The notes below the pieces were generated by a model, which was not told where the DNA came from, made no database searches, and was given only the letters and a program-made list of their open reading frames with translations. Below, piece by piece: positions 23,466 through 36,719 of a DNA stretch of 64,000 nt. The stretch spans positions 32,240,001 to 32,304,000 of the forward strand of contig NC_043017.1 in the NCBI RefSeq assembly GCF_006345805.1, given 5' to 3'. Source of the DNA: Octopus sinensis. Taxonomy: Eukaryota. The first letter of the stretch is position 1. Each line of letters starts with the position of its first letter. Both the position numbers and the translations under genes were made by a program.

Positions 23466-24551
23466 AACACACAGCCTCCCTGCCATGCATTGCTACCACT
23501 TTGAATCATGTTTATGTTCGATGCCAATTTAGAAATGCATCATAAAAATTGGGTATGATTATAAAATATATTTGCCGTCATAGCTCCATAGGAATTTAAT
23601 GCCTGGTAGGAAGTCAACGCGCAATTAATAACTTTTAACTAATCCTTGTTTTATGGCAAGAGTTTAAAACTAGACTAAAATGCAAGAAGAAAAACTCCTC
23701 GGAAGACAAAGCTACATAAAATTCTCACAAAGCAAATATTTAATTATCAGAATATATATATATGTGTATATATGTATGTATAACAGCCAAAAGTTTTAAT
23801 GGAGATAGATGAAATCTTTGAACTAAAAGATTTTCAAATTGAATAATCAAATTCTATTCTTCCAGTTTTGCATTATTTATGGAGCAGATCATATCAGTAG
23901 AATCTTCCCTCAGTGAAATATTGCTTAATGCATATCTCATTGCCAGTACTTGATCACCAAATAGAAAGATTTCTATCAAATTTAGCAATGAAATTATTTT
24001 CTAGCAAAATCCTTATATATATATATATTTATAGACACACACTTACACACATTCACACACAAACACTTACTACCAATATACACATATGCACATACATTAT
24101 TCACAAATTCTCATACACGCACATATGTATACGTAAGAGTATTAATTAAATTATTAAAGAGTTCATCTATTATTTATGAGTTGAATATTTTACTGAATTA
24201 TGTATTTTTTCAACTAAAAGTTCTGTTATAGAATGCAACTGAGGTGAAATATGTAAATGCTATTGAATATTAATATGTTGAAAAGCATATTTAACATACA
24301 CTTACTAAAATAACTTCTTTGTTTTAATAACTGATAGCTAGGTTAGTGATAGTTGGACTGGCATATTTCCAAAATTAATGTGATAGGAATTCTCAAAACA
24401 ACATTGCACACTCAGAAATGTTTTTAAAAGTTTTTCCAAGTTCTATGTAATGGTAACTTATTTGTAACCAGAGGCAAACTTCCAATACAGAAGAACAAAA
24501 AAAAAATGATAAATCTTTAATTTTAGAAATGTATAAACATTGCAGACCTGC

Positions 24552-24877
24552 TCTCATCATCGACGTCATCATTATCAGTGTCATCATCACCATTGTCGTC
24601 ATCATCATCATCGTCATCATCAGTGTCAGCATCACCATCGTCGTTGTCGTCATCATCATCATCATCATCATCATCAGCATCACCATCGTCATTGTCGTCA
24701 TCATCATCATCATCATCATCAGTGTCATCATCACCATTGTCGTCATCATCATCATCGTCATCATCAGTGTCAGCATCACCATCGTCGTTGTCGTCATCAT
24801 CATCATCATCGTCAGCATCACCATCGTCATTGTCGTCATCATCATCATCATCATCATCAGTGTCATCATCACCATCG

Positions 24878-24910
<33 letters not shown>

Positions 24911-25990
24911 GTGTCAGCATCACCATCGTCGTCATCATCATCATCATCATCATCAGCAGCATCACCAACGTCGTCATCAGTGGTCAGCATCACCATCGTC
25001 GTTGTCGTCATCATCATCATCATCAGGGTCAGCATCACCATCGTCGTCATCATCATCATCATCATCATCATCAGCAGCATCACCATCGTCGTCATCAGTG
25101 TCAGCATCACCATCGTCGTTGTCGTCATCATCATCATCATCAGTGTCAGCATCACCATCGTCGTCATCATCATCGTCATCATCATCATCATCATCATTGC
25201 CGTCATCATTATCAGTGTCATCATCACCATTGTCGTCATCATCATCATCGTCATCATCAGTGTCAGCATCACCATCGTCGTTGTCGTCATCATCATCATC
25301 ATCATCGTCAGCATCACCATCTTCATTGTCGTCATCATCATCATCATCATCATCAGTGTCATCATCACCATTGTCGTCATCATCATCATCGTCATCATCA
25401 GTGTCAGCATCACCATCGTCGTTGTCGTCATCATCATCATCATCGTCAGCATCACCATCGTCATTGTCGTCATCATCATCATCATCATCATCAGTGTCAT
25501 CATCACCATCGTCGTCATCATCATCATCATCATCATCATCATCAGTGTCAGCATCACCATCGTCGTCATCATCATCATCATCATCATCAGCAGCATCACC
25601 AACGTCGTCATCAGTGTCAGCATCACCATCGTCGTTGTCGTCATCATCATCATCATCAGTGTCAGCATCACCATCGTCGTCATCATCATCATCATCATCA
25701 TCATCAGCATCACCATCGTCGTCATCAGTGTCAGCATCACCATCGTCGTTGTCGTCATCATCATCATCATCAGTGTCAGCATCACCATCGTCGTCATCAT
25801 CATCGTCATCATCATCATCATCATCATTGCCGTCATCATTATCAGTGTCATCATCACCATTGTCGTCATCATCAGTGTCAGCATCACCATCGTCGTCATC
25901 ATCATCATCATCATCATCAGTGTCATCATCACCATCCTCGTCGTCAGCATCATCATCATCAACAACAATGACAACAGCTTAAACAATGTC
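24552..25990. repeat. (CAT)n-based higher-order microsatellite, about 1.44 kb
   Basis: Recurring variant blocks such as ATCAGTGTCAGCATCACCATCGTCGTTGTCGTC(ATC)n. Confidence 0.95.
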
Positions 25991-26194
25991 ATCATAATCA
26001 GTTTTTATCCCTTCTTTTTCATGTGGGCAAATGTCAAAAAGAGCATTTTGAGGCAGTGTTTCATGGGTGGGTAGCCTTCTTCCTGCCAGCCCTTAAGTTG
26101 CTCCTTTTGACATACAAGATGAGAGAAGCAAAAGGAAAAGGAGTGGGATGAGGAGGAGAAGTGGTTGAAGGTGAGGTGAAAGGGGAAAATTAAT

Positions 26195-26640
26195 AATAAT
26201 AATATAATAATGAAATTATTGTATACAGTGCTCAGGTGCACCACAACTTGTGAAAAGTGCATATAAAGTACATGCAGTAATGTAGAAATGTCTGGAAAGC
26301 GAACAATGTATGAGTCAGATACATGCCTGTGTGTGTATGGAGGGGAGAAAATCAGGTGTAGTGTTGGCAAATCTCAGGAAGCATGGAAGTTTTGAAGGAT
26401 GCAGTGCTCAGACAACTAACAACTGATGCCGGCAGTTTGTTCCATGCTTTAGCAACTCTCAGCGTGAAAAAATGTTTACTGAAGTCATGGGAACTGTGCT
26501 GTTTTCTTACTTTGTAAATATGTCCACGGGTGTTAGATGGGTGGAGTTTGAAAAGGTGCTCAGAGTTATTGTTTGTACGATGGTTGATAATTTTATGGGT
26601 GTCTGCCAAGTCAGCTGCCAGACATCGGAGTTTCGAGAGG
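26195..26640 (-). mobile_element. CR1/L2-group LINE 3' end
   Basis: LRCLAADLADTHKII..SNTRGHIYKVRK..FFTLRVAKAWNKLP, followed by a 3' UTR and (ATT)n tail. Confidence 0.85.
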
Positions 26641-26924
26641 GAAGTCGAAGGATAAAAATGGTAAAACTGGCCTAAAAAGAAGTGTGGAAGCAGAAGAAAA
26701 ACATTCATTTAAAGATGCTGGTGACAAGATATTGAGTTTAAATATAAAATGCTCTTGTCGTTTCTTTCAGTATGTGAATCTATGGTGTACAAAGATGCCA
26801 CACACTGCAAACAGGCCAATGTTGAAGCAGGTGGTGACAAATTGACCAGGTATATATATAGAAATGTGCACTGAATGTGCTCCCAAAAGCAATCAGCAAG
26901 GTAATGGTTACTTTCTTCTGTATA

Positions 26925-27345
26925 GAGGGAACCAATTCTACTATATGGCTCAGAAACCTGGACGTTATCAAAGAAGCTTGAGAGGCGGTTGGATGGAACC
27001 TACACTCGCCTCCTTATGAGAGCTCAAAATCTCTCGTGGAGGCGCCATCCAACCAAAGTACAAATATATGGGAAATTACCACCTGTATCATCTCTTGTGA
27101 AAGGTAGAAGAGTCCAGTTTGCTGGACATTGTTGTAGAGCTGAAAAAAAGAGGCAATTTCTACTCTTCTCCTCTGGAAACCATCTGCTCGCGATACCAGT
27201 GGGCGCGCACTCTCCTACCCTGATGTAATCTCCAGGGATACAGGCATCCAGTAACAGGACCTCCGTAATGCTATGATGGACTGTGAAGTCTGGTGTAACA
27301 TAGTAAATTCCATTGTCTCGACCACGATCGAATAATGATGATGAT
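26925..27345 (+). mobile_element. RTE-like LINE 3' end
   Basis: LYGSETWTLSKKLERRLDGTYTRLLMRAQNLSWRRH..RRVQFAGHC (RTE thumb region); (ATG)n tail. Confidence 0.85.
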
Positions 27346-27769
27346 GAGAGAGCACTGTAAAGCTTGCAGACGATACAATATAAGTTGAGGTTGGAAGATG
27401 TGCAACAGAAGTTCCAGTTTATGTGGTGTTGTAAATCACCAAGTGACTGGTGCAGTATTGCTAACGTAGAGAGGCAGGTATTGCATCATTGAAGGGCAAG
27501 CTTAAAAGTGTCTGGCTGCATGTGGCTACATGCTATGATGACCTCCTTGGAGGTTGTCAAGATTCCTCTAATTCTCAAAGGTTAGGAGATGGGGGTGAAG
27601 GAAAGATCAGAAGAGTTTTAGGATCAGAAAGTAAGATTCAAAAGTTTGTGTTTCATTGAAAGGATGACTAAATGGAAGGTGAAAGAGAATGGAATACTAA
27701 TTACAGGTATGTATAAAGAAGGTACACCACTCCACTTCCATCCACTACAAGCTTACTCACTCCAACTCT

Positions 27770-28330
27770 AATCCACACTACTCTTCCTTTCACCCAAACC
27801 ACATTAAATCTGCCATACCTATTTCTTTACTACCCACAAGGGGGGCTAAACACAGAGGAGACAAACAAGGACAGACAGACGGATTAAGTCGATTATATTG
27901 ACCCCAGTGCGTAACTGGTACTTAATATATCAACCCCGAAAGGATGAAAGGCAAAGTCGACCTCGGCAGAACTTGAACTCTGCCATACCTATTCCTTTAC
28001 TACCCACAATGGGCTAAACATAGAGAGGACAAACAAGGACAGACAAACGGATTAAGTTGATTACATCAACCCCAGTGTGTAACTAGTACTTAATTTATCG
28101 ACCCCAAAAGGATGAAAGGCAAAGTCAACGGAATTTGAACTCAGAACGTAACGGCAGACGAAATACAGCTACGCATTTTGCCCGGCATGCTAACATTTCT
28201 GCCAGTTCACCGCCATACCATTCTCTCAATTCCTTCGGCTTTGCCAACTCTGCAGCATTGATTCAGAAAATGAAACCCAATGTGAGAGAATGTGACATTT
28301 CTTCTTGAATCAAGAGCATTCCCATTCAGT
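27770..28330 (+). mobile_element. Penelope-like RT fragment split by a SINE B insertion
   Basis: Removing the SINE restores HYSSFHPNHIKSAIPFSQFLRLCQLCS...QCERM..FL, the PLE motif HP...K..IP.SQ..R....CS. Confidence 0.7.
27822..28213 (-). mobile_element. SINE B double insertion with triplicated target sequence
   Basis: (C/T)GCCATACC occurs left of, between and right of the two units. Confidence 0.85.
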
Positions 28331-29278
28331 TTTGGACCTCACACTCCACCAAGCTCTTTACCTCTTGTATTAGCAAAATATCCAACTTTAGCACATTCTA
28401 ATTAATATTTATCCCCACTTTAAATGTGAGTGTTCTGTTAGAAGAAACTATACTGCGAAAGATACCACGAGAGAAACTCCCATATTGGCTTATTAGTGCA
28501 AAACATACTCTTGTGTATATCACAAGCAGGGAGATAAACCCCAACTATTTCCAGCAATGAGATCACCAGATCACATGATTTCAACCTTCCTTGGTCTTGT
28601 TAATGATGGACACTTGATCACTAGAGATTGCAGTGGTTCATCTCTCCACCAGCAATATATGGAATAACAGTGCCAGAGTGTTTAAACAGGAATAAATATT
28701 ATCCTTCAGTATTAGCATTGCCTCTGTTGTGAATAAATACTTTAATTAATTGCTAATTTACGATCACATGAATTCATAGCATTTGGGATAAATTGCTCTA
28801 AAACTATGCTGACTTTCTTCATTTGGTCAGGGAATGATGACTCACGCAAAATTGCTGCATCAAAGCTAATCCTGAAGATGTTTAAAATTGGAATTCTTAA
28901 AAATGTGCCAAACAATGAAGAACCTAAAATAAAATTATAGCCAAACATATTTTCTTCATTTTTTGAGGAACACGTGCTTTGTTTTCTAATATTGTACTAA
29001 TTTACATAATTGCTTTAAATTAATTATTTTTTCTAATCAGTAACCTTTTCCAATCATTACTGCAATACTTGGGGTTATACAATATTCTTAGTTAATAATA
29101 TTAAAAATATCGGTAAAAAGTAGGACAATCTATGAACTTAATCTTCACAACATATGCCTTTATGAAAAATTTCAACTTTCTACTTGCAAACTGTGTTCCA
29201 TATCACATACAATTAACACATATGTGTATATTTATATCTGTGTGTATATATATGTATATGTGCGTATATATATATGTA

Positions 29279-29312
<34 letters not shown>

Positions 29313-30464
29313 AGAATGAATGTTTTTATATATAATGAACGTGAAATACAGGAAGGGACGAACACGGAACACAGACAAATCATTCGAAGCCTTCAATCTT
29401 CAGTCAGACACCGAATCATCATAGCAAATTTCGGCTGTTCAATTCTGATATTTGCTCCAACTCGGCCAGCCCCAAGAAAAAAAAAAAAAAAAAAAACTAA
29501 GCTGTAAGCATTAGATTTCTTGGTAGAAGACAGGAATGTGAACGCACAAGACGGATGTGAATACAAGAGACGAAAACGAAATTGAAAACAGTAATGAATA
29601 AACAAAATATATATAACGGTGGTTGTCATACGACTTTAGACCAAATGAGACAAAACAACAACAACATAGCAGCTGGCGTAGAAATAATTACCGTTTCGGT
29701 AGCGGGGACACATGTTGGTCGAGATACGAAGGCCAACAGAGTGGTTGAAGAAGCAGCAGGTCGCAGGAGAGAGAGAAAGAGAGACAGAGAGAGAGGGAAT
29801 CAAAGAGGGTGGAAGGCAGGGGACAGAATCAGTGACCAAGAGAAAAGGAGAAATAAGGGATTAAGGAGGATGGGAGGAAGAGGGGAGGAGGATGGGAGGA
29901 AGAGAGGGGAAGAATCGGAGGGCGCCAAAAAGTTTATATATATATATATATATAATATTAGGGAGTAAATCCAAACTTACTGGGAAAAATTAGATTTAGG
30001 ATTAAATCTAATTTTACAGTATAAATATATATATTAAATTAGAAATAAAACCACTATTAGGCAAATCATATATATATATGTAATCAAAATAAGCAATGAG
30101 TATATCTGAGGTAGTGTAGTATAATCATTTCATGCTACTTCATTTTATTAAACAGTGTAATGTCAAGCAATCTTCAGCCACTTATACAATTTTTCAGTCA
30201 ACCGGACAATGCACATTCTTATCTCTATTTCATTTGCCAACATTATAAAAAGGTATAGATATATAGACAGAGAGGTTGATTTCATTCTTAAGAACATGAT
30301 ATATGGATAATACCATACAAAATTCTGGTGCCTTTGACCTAAGTACCAAATTCATCTGAATCTATATATGTATATGTATATATATGTATATATATATATG
30401 TATGTGTGTATATATATATATGTGTGTATATATATGTATATATATATATGCATATGTATATATA

Positions 30465-30822
30465 AACTCTTTTACTTGTTTCAGTCATTTGACTGTGGCC
30501 ATGCTGGAGCACTGCCTTTAGGTGAAGAAATCGACCCCAGGGCTTATTCTTTGTAAGCCTAGTACTTATTCTATCAGTTTCTTTTGCTGAACCACTAAGT
30601 TATGGGGACGTAAACACACCAGCGTCGGTTGTCAAGCGATGATGGGGGACAAACAGAGATGCACAAATATATATACACACACATACATATACATATATAT
30701 ATATACACATATATACGACGGGCTTCTTTCAGTTTCTGTCTACCAAATCCACTCACAGTGGGACTGAATCCAGAACCATTTGGTCAGTAAGCAAGCAAGT
30801 TACCACACAGCCATTCCTATGC
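30465..30822 (-). mobile_element. SINE A with small internal deletion
   Basis: Consensus match. Confidence 0.85.
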
Positions 30823-30912
30823 CTATGTATATATATATGTGTGTGTATATGTACATATATATATGCATATATATATATATATATTTATATGTATGTGTAT
30901 ATATGTATATAT

Positions 30913-33900
30913 CAGTGGCGTGCGGTGACTTCCGGCGTTGGGCATGCAATTAATTTCATTGCCCCCCCCCCCCGGCAATTTTTCAGTAAAACATTTTCGT
31001 ATTCCTACGATTTACATATAAGAGATTCTGAATATGCAGAATAAACAGGGAATAAAAAATGGCTGTGCAGAGATGATCCTGAAATAAGTATATTGTTTGT
31101 ATTATTCTTTGCTCTTCGAAACGTCAGTACTTTCCCATCCTCATTCTCCCTTAGAAAAGTCTAAAAATCATAAGTGAAATGTAATAAAGATGAAATTGGA
31201 TTCTGTCAATATTTTTGCATATTCAGAATCTCTGTTAAAGGTAGGAATCCGAAAAAAAATTTTCACATAAATTCGTTTTTCAAAGGGGTGCGATTCTGCA
31301 TTAGCCCCTATACCTATCGGTTGAGCTGAATGAAATGATTTAATTAAAAGAACACATTTAGTTACATTATATGGCCATGGTTTTAGATCGTTACGCTCTC
31401 GAAGACAAGTCAGGTTCTTTATCATGCTACTTGTCAATTCCGGGAAATTATTGACTGTTCTGAGACTTACTGAACTCCGTACATTAAAGGACTACGTCTC
31501 ACGCACAAACATTGAAAATACACGCATATACATGAATACGCACACAATGAAAGACAGCGAAAATTCAACATTGTAAAAAGCCTCCCAAAACTGTTGTGGC
31601 AGAAGTCAACATCTCTGAGATTGAAACAAGACACTTATTGAAAGTGAAACAAAACACTTATTTACGGCCGTAAATAGACTACACCCAGCAGCACAGAAAG
31701 GGAAATCTATGTAGGTAGGTTTCACGAAGAAATCAAAACATTTCTCCTGCGAAACAATACTGATGTAAGAAGGTCGAACCTTACGTTATAACAAACACTA
31801 AGCAAAACCTGTAATATATGCTCTTTAATATATATTTTTTTTATGTTTTAAAATGTTACTTAGCTCATTTATAAATTAATTCAATTCTTCGATCTTTCTG
31901 GGCAAATATATCTATCACATTTTCATAGAAATCTTCTCTTTTCATCAATTCTTGTAATAAATCTTTTTCAATTGACATTAGTGCTAACCCAGACAGTCTT
32001 CTTTCTCCTGTCGCATTTCTTTGGTATGTTTTAATTCTACTTAATGCAGAAAAGGATCGCTCTACAGAAGCAGTGGTAGACGGAATTGTCAAAATCAACT
32101 TGCACAGATTGAAGAGTTCTGGCATAGCTTCAACAAGATCAGTGCTGTTAATGTAACTCATTAAATGACTTACACTTGGTTTTTTTAAATCTTTCATTGA
32201 ATACATCACATTGAGCTCACTTTGTAATCGTATTACATCAAAAAATCTGCCATAAGTTGTTCTTAAAGAATCTAAAGAGTCCACAGGAAATTGTTTGCAA
32301 TACTCATCAACTTTGTTGAAATTCAAAAGTTCCATGAATTTAAACTCTTCTAAGGATGAATATCGTGCTTTTATTTGGTCAACTATTGTACTTATAATTT
32401 TGTTATAAAGCGTTCTATAATGTCGTTGGGGATCAATAGATATATTCTTGGATCTCTGAATTCCGATTCCTGCATCGACTCCATATTTTTCCCCTAACCT
32501 ATCATAAAAGACTGAAAAATTATCAAGTTTGTTTTCGAGTACAGTTCTAGTTTTATCTATTTGCTGTTTACAATACACTATGTCATGACTTTTACTCTGG
32601 AGTATGTTAAATAAGACGTCAGTAAAAGAAAAATGTCACTGAATACCTCTAACAAAAATAAGAAATCAGGAGCTTTTAAAGTGTGTAAGAATCCAATTGC
32701 TGAATTTATGGTGGTCTCATCCCATGCTTCAGGATTTTCAATGATGTGTTCAAAAAGGCTGATTATGAAATTATAATTTTCCTTTGTGGTAATAATAAGA
32801 CGTGAGGAGTAATTCCATCTAGTTGCTGTTGCTTTCGGAAATCTTTTTTTAACAATATTATCTAATGCATTAGTCCTTTTCGGTGATTTCGTAAAAAATG
32901 TACCGAGTCCATTTATTGTAGAAAAAAATATCTTGCATTCTTTCATAGCAGAGCATGATTGTGAAAGAACTAAATTTAGGATATGGGCACAACAATGAAT
33001 AAAGATCGCACATTCATATTTCTTTCTTACTTTTGCCTGTAACCCATTTAGTTGTCCTGCCATTGTAGCGGCACCATCATATGTCTGCGCAATCAATTTG
33101 TTTCCACATTCCCACGTCTCAATGCATTTAAAAACATGTTCAGATAAAGCATTTGCAGATCGATCTGCACTAACATCACTAAAACCGATAAATCGTTCTT
33201 TCGTCACACAGTCTTCTGTAACATAACGTAAAACTGTTGACAGTTGTGAAGATGCTGAGACATCAGATGTCTCATCAACAAGAATAGAAACAAACTTAGC
33301 TTGGTCAATTCCTTCTGCATCTCATTCAACATAACTTTATGAATTGCTTCGATCAAGTCATTTTGAATTCTGTTCGACAGATCAGTGAAGATAGAAGCTG
33401 TATCTAAATGACTTTCCATTTGTTTGTCATACTTACTGATCAAATAAACGAGTTCTTTATAATTTCCCCGATTATTAGAGCCTTCAGATTCAAAATGACC
33501 CCGAAACGATAATTCCTGGAGGCCTAAAAAAATAACAACATCGATCAATCGTTGCAGAATGGATCTGTTTCGTCGAACTTTCTCATTATGCTGTTGTATG
33601 CTTTGATTTTTACGTGCATCTAATTGTAAGTCTATGCGAACATTCCCGAATATTTTAAGGTCTATCAAACATTTTATATGCCTTTGAGAACGCTCGTGCT
33701 TTAGCATAGCCATATGTAAATTATTTAAATCATCATAGCCTTTATCATTCCAACATTTTTTTCTAAGCCAAAAAGTAAACACGGCCAACAGAATAATTAT
33801 TAAGAGCAACACTTCCAGTTAACCATTTCTTCTTTTCATACGAATTAACCTGAAATTGTCTCGTGAATTTCTTGTTGTAGCTTCGCAAATTAGGTAAATT

Positions 33901-34707
33901 CGGTGTTGGTCTCCCGCGATTTATAATTAATTTTTTCCCATCGAAGTCCCTTTTAGAAAAACTAGTTCTCAAAATATCGTTTATAGCACACATTTCACTC
34001 ATTTTGAAAAAGGCTGCTCTTATTTAATGACCCACGTGGAAGCGCCGGCATAAATTTTAAGTCAATTTCAACAAAACGGAAAAATACCCTTGTTAAATTA
34101 ATTTAAGATTAATTAGCTATTTCTGAAATAAGAAATATAATGTAGATATTTTTGCTTTCAAAACTTTCTAAAAATATGATAGTGCAAACGGATGTTTTGG
34201 ATAAAAAATTTCAAACTTACATGCGAAGGCTATTCCAACATTTCAGCTGGCTAAAACAAGAATTATGGGACGGCTCTTGTTCCGGTCAAAATAGCCAGAG
34301 AGGCGTGATATGCGATCTAAGCACAGCATGACACGCCAAACTGAATTTGTCGAATCGCTGAGAGAGAAGGGGGTGACCATTCCTCGTAGTATATCTTTTA
34401 AACAAAGAAAGAGGAAGAAGAGACAAACTATCAAAGACAGAGAGAAGGGACTCATGCTGTCTTCCCAACGCATGACAAGCGATAAATTTATCGAGTCACT
34501 AAGATAGAGAGAGAGAGAGAGAGAGAGGAAGGAAGGACAAACTAATACAGACAGAGAGGGAGTGTGTATCATGCGATATTCTAAAAGCATTTATCAAAGC
34601 AGATGTACGAAGTGGAGACAATATTTCTAAAACAACTGGACGTATTTTCTTTGAAACAAGGAAGGCATGCAGCGCATACCTTGCATTGCTGAGAGTGCAC
34701 GCCCCTG
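30913..34707 (-). mobile_element. Full-length hAT DNA transposon (3795 bp)
   Basis: TIRs CAGTGGCGTGC (30913) and GCACGCCCCTG (to 34707), 10/11 match; 8-bp TSD GTATATAT at 30905-30912 and 34708-34715; internal transposase. Confidence 0.93.
31865..34002 (-). CDS. hAT transposase (ZMYM1-like type: TTF-type Zn finger, DUF4371-like region, DDE core, C-terminal dimerisation domain); 713 aa after correcting four 1-bp deletions
   Basis: Restored motifs WLTGS..NKLFCWPCLLF..WN..G..KHE.S.RH, LSFRGH, VDETSD, QTYDGAATM, HCCAH, TRW, ASVERSFSAL. No in-frame stops. Confidence 0.88.
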
Positions 34708-34708
34708 G

Positions 34709-34792
<84 letters not shown>

Positions 34793-34795
34793 GCA

Positions 34796-34835
<40 letters not shown>

Positions 34836-35425
34836 TTATTTATATTAGGGAAGTTATTTCCAAGTTCACAGAGGAGAGAAGTTCAATTTAGTGGTACTAA
34901 AAGGAATTACTCACTGTATTATATACATATATATATATATATGTAGGTTTAAGGGACAGAATCACTCTCAAGCTACTCAATCATTATTGAAGGCCATCAT
35001 CCACAATAGGTACATATAGGACTAAATATTAAAATTATCAAAATTAATGCCTACAATTTTTATTCCAAATTATTAAAATTAATACCTTCAATTCTTATTA
35101 AAAATCATATACTTTACATTATCTAGACTATGCACGTTTCACGACAACATATTCCCTGATATTACTGAAACAGAATGTCTCTAAGTACAATACCATATTA
35201 AAATGATTATATTGCCAATCTTCAGGTCTAGCATATATGTACTTATTTTGCTGTTTACATCCTATATAAAGACAAGACAAACTAAAATTATATTACTAGA
35301 AGTTGTTGGAATAATTATCCTTTAGTAAATAATCAACAGAAATATAAAATAAAAGTAGGAAAAAGAAATGTTTGTAAAAAGAAATGTTAATTAATCTGTA
35401 TGGTGATTTTCTCTCCATGAATTAA

Positions 35426-35963
35426 ACATGGCAACCAGCAATCGTATAATCCAACATTGAGAACTACTTTTTGGGGGAGATAATTCTTATTAACATCTAA
35501 ATGCTCTTAAAAGGTATTTTCTATTATTTGTAATAATAAATCAGGAGAAGCCAGAAGTGAATGAATGATGGGAATACTTTTTTTTTTACCTGGTTAATTT
35601 ATGTTATTTATATATTGACTTTGATAAATAATAAATTTCTAGGTTGGTAAATAGGTAAACTAAATTACTCAACTTAAATTTTAAAATATTTAAAATATTT
35701 TGAAATATGTATTTTAAAATTATAAGTTGAGTAATTTAGTTTACCTAGTTACCGACCTAAACATTCATTTTTTATCAAAGTCAATATATAAATAAAATAA
35801 ATTAACCAAGGAAAAAAAAGACCATTCTCATCATACTTCTGGCTTCTGAATTGCTATTATAAACAATAGAAAATACTTTTTAAGAACTTTTAAACGTTAA
35901 TAAGAATTATCTCCCCCAAAAAGTAGCTCTCAATGTTGGATTATACTATTGCTGGTAGCCATG
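35426..35963. mobile_element. Imperfect palindrome of about 540 bp (fold-back/MITE-like)
   Basis: 35426-35695 is the reverse complement of 35696-35963, e.g. TAATCCAACATTGAGA..TTTTTGGGGGAGATAATTCTTATTAAC and GGTAAACTAAATTACTCAACTTA. Confidence 0.8.
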
Positions 35964-36439
35964 CTGGTGGTTATAGTGACAGTGCTGCTGCGGCTGTTAT
36001 TACTACTACTACTACCACCCCACAGAATGACATTTATCTGCCAAGATAGCTCGCATGTACTTTTGACTTGAAACATCTCAAAGGATGAAAGGCAAAGTTG
36101 ACTTTGGCAGAATTTGAACTCAGAACGTAAAGACTGGCGAAATACCGCTAAGCCTTTTGCTCAGCATGCTAACATTTCTGCCAGCTGGCCACCTTAAAAT
36201 ATTCTCTTCTACTCTAGGCCCAAGTCCCCAAATTTATTTTTGGCAGGGGTGGGGTGGGGTGGGGTGGGGTGGGGTGGGCACAGTCGATTAGATCGACCCC
36301 AGTAAGCAATTTTATCAATCCCGAAAGGATGAAAGACGAAGTAGACCTCAGCAGAATTTGAACTCAGAACATAAAGATGGCTAAAATGCCATTGAGAATT
36401 TTGCCCAGCACAGTAACAATTCTGCCAACTTTCTGCCTT

Positions 36440-36492
36440 AATGATAATGATGATGATGATGATGATGATAACAATGCTGCTGCTGCTGCTAA

Positions 36493-36524
<32 letters not shown>

Positions 36525-36651
36525 TTATTATTACTACTACTACTGCTGCTGCTGTTACTACTACTACTACTACTACTATTACTATTACTACTACTATTAC
36601 TACTACTACTACAGTTGCTGCTGGTGGTTATAGTGACAGTGCTGCTGTTAT

Positions 36652-36683
<32 letters not shown>

Positions 36684-36687
36684 TTAT

Positions 36688-36719
<32 letters not shown>

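Noticed and set aside
23533-23900. Small AG..GT segments (23533-23552; YGADHISRIF, faintly like an MRG motif)
   Set aside because: Phases do not chain with neighbouring candidates and the similarity is too short.
24393-26074. 480-498-aa poly-His/Ser/Ile/Met/Asp ORFs, superficially like acidic biomineralisation proteins
   Set aside because: Five frames are open only because (CAT)n lacks stops; there is no signal peptide or splice support, and a frameshift lies mid-array.
31865-34002. Host ZMYM1-like gene (domesticated transposase)
   Set aside because: It is intronless and bounded by TIRs and a TSD, so it is the transposon's own gene.
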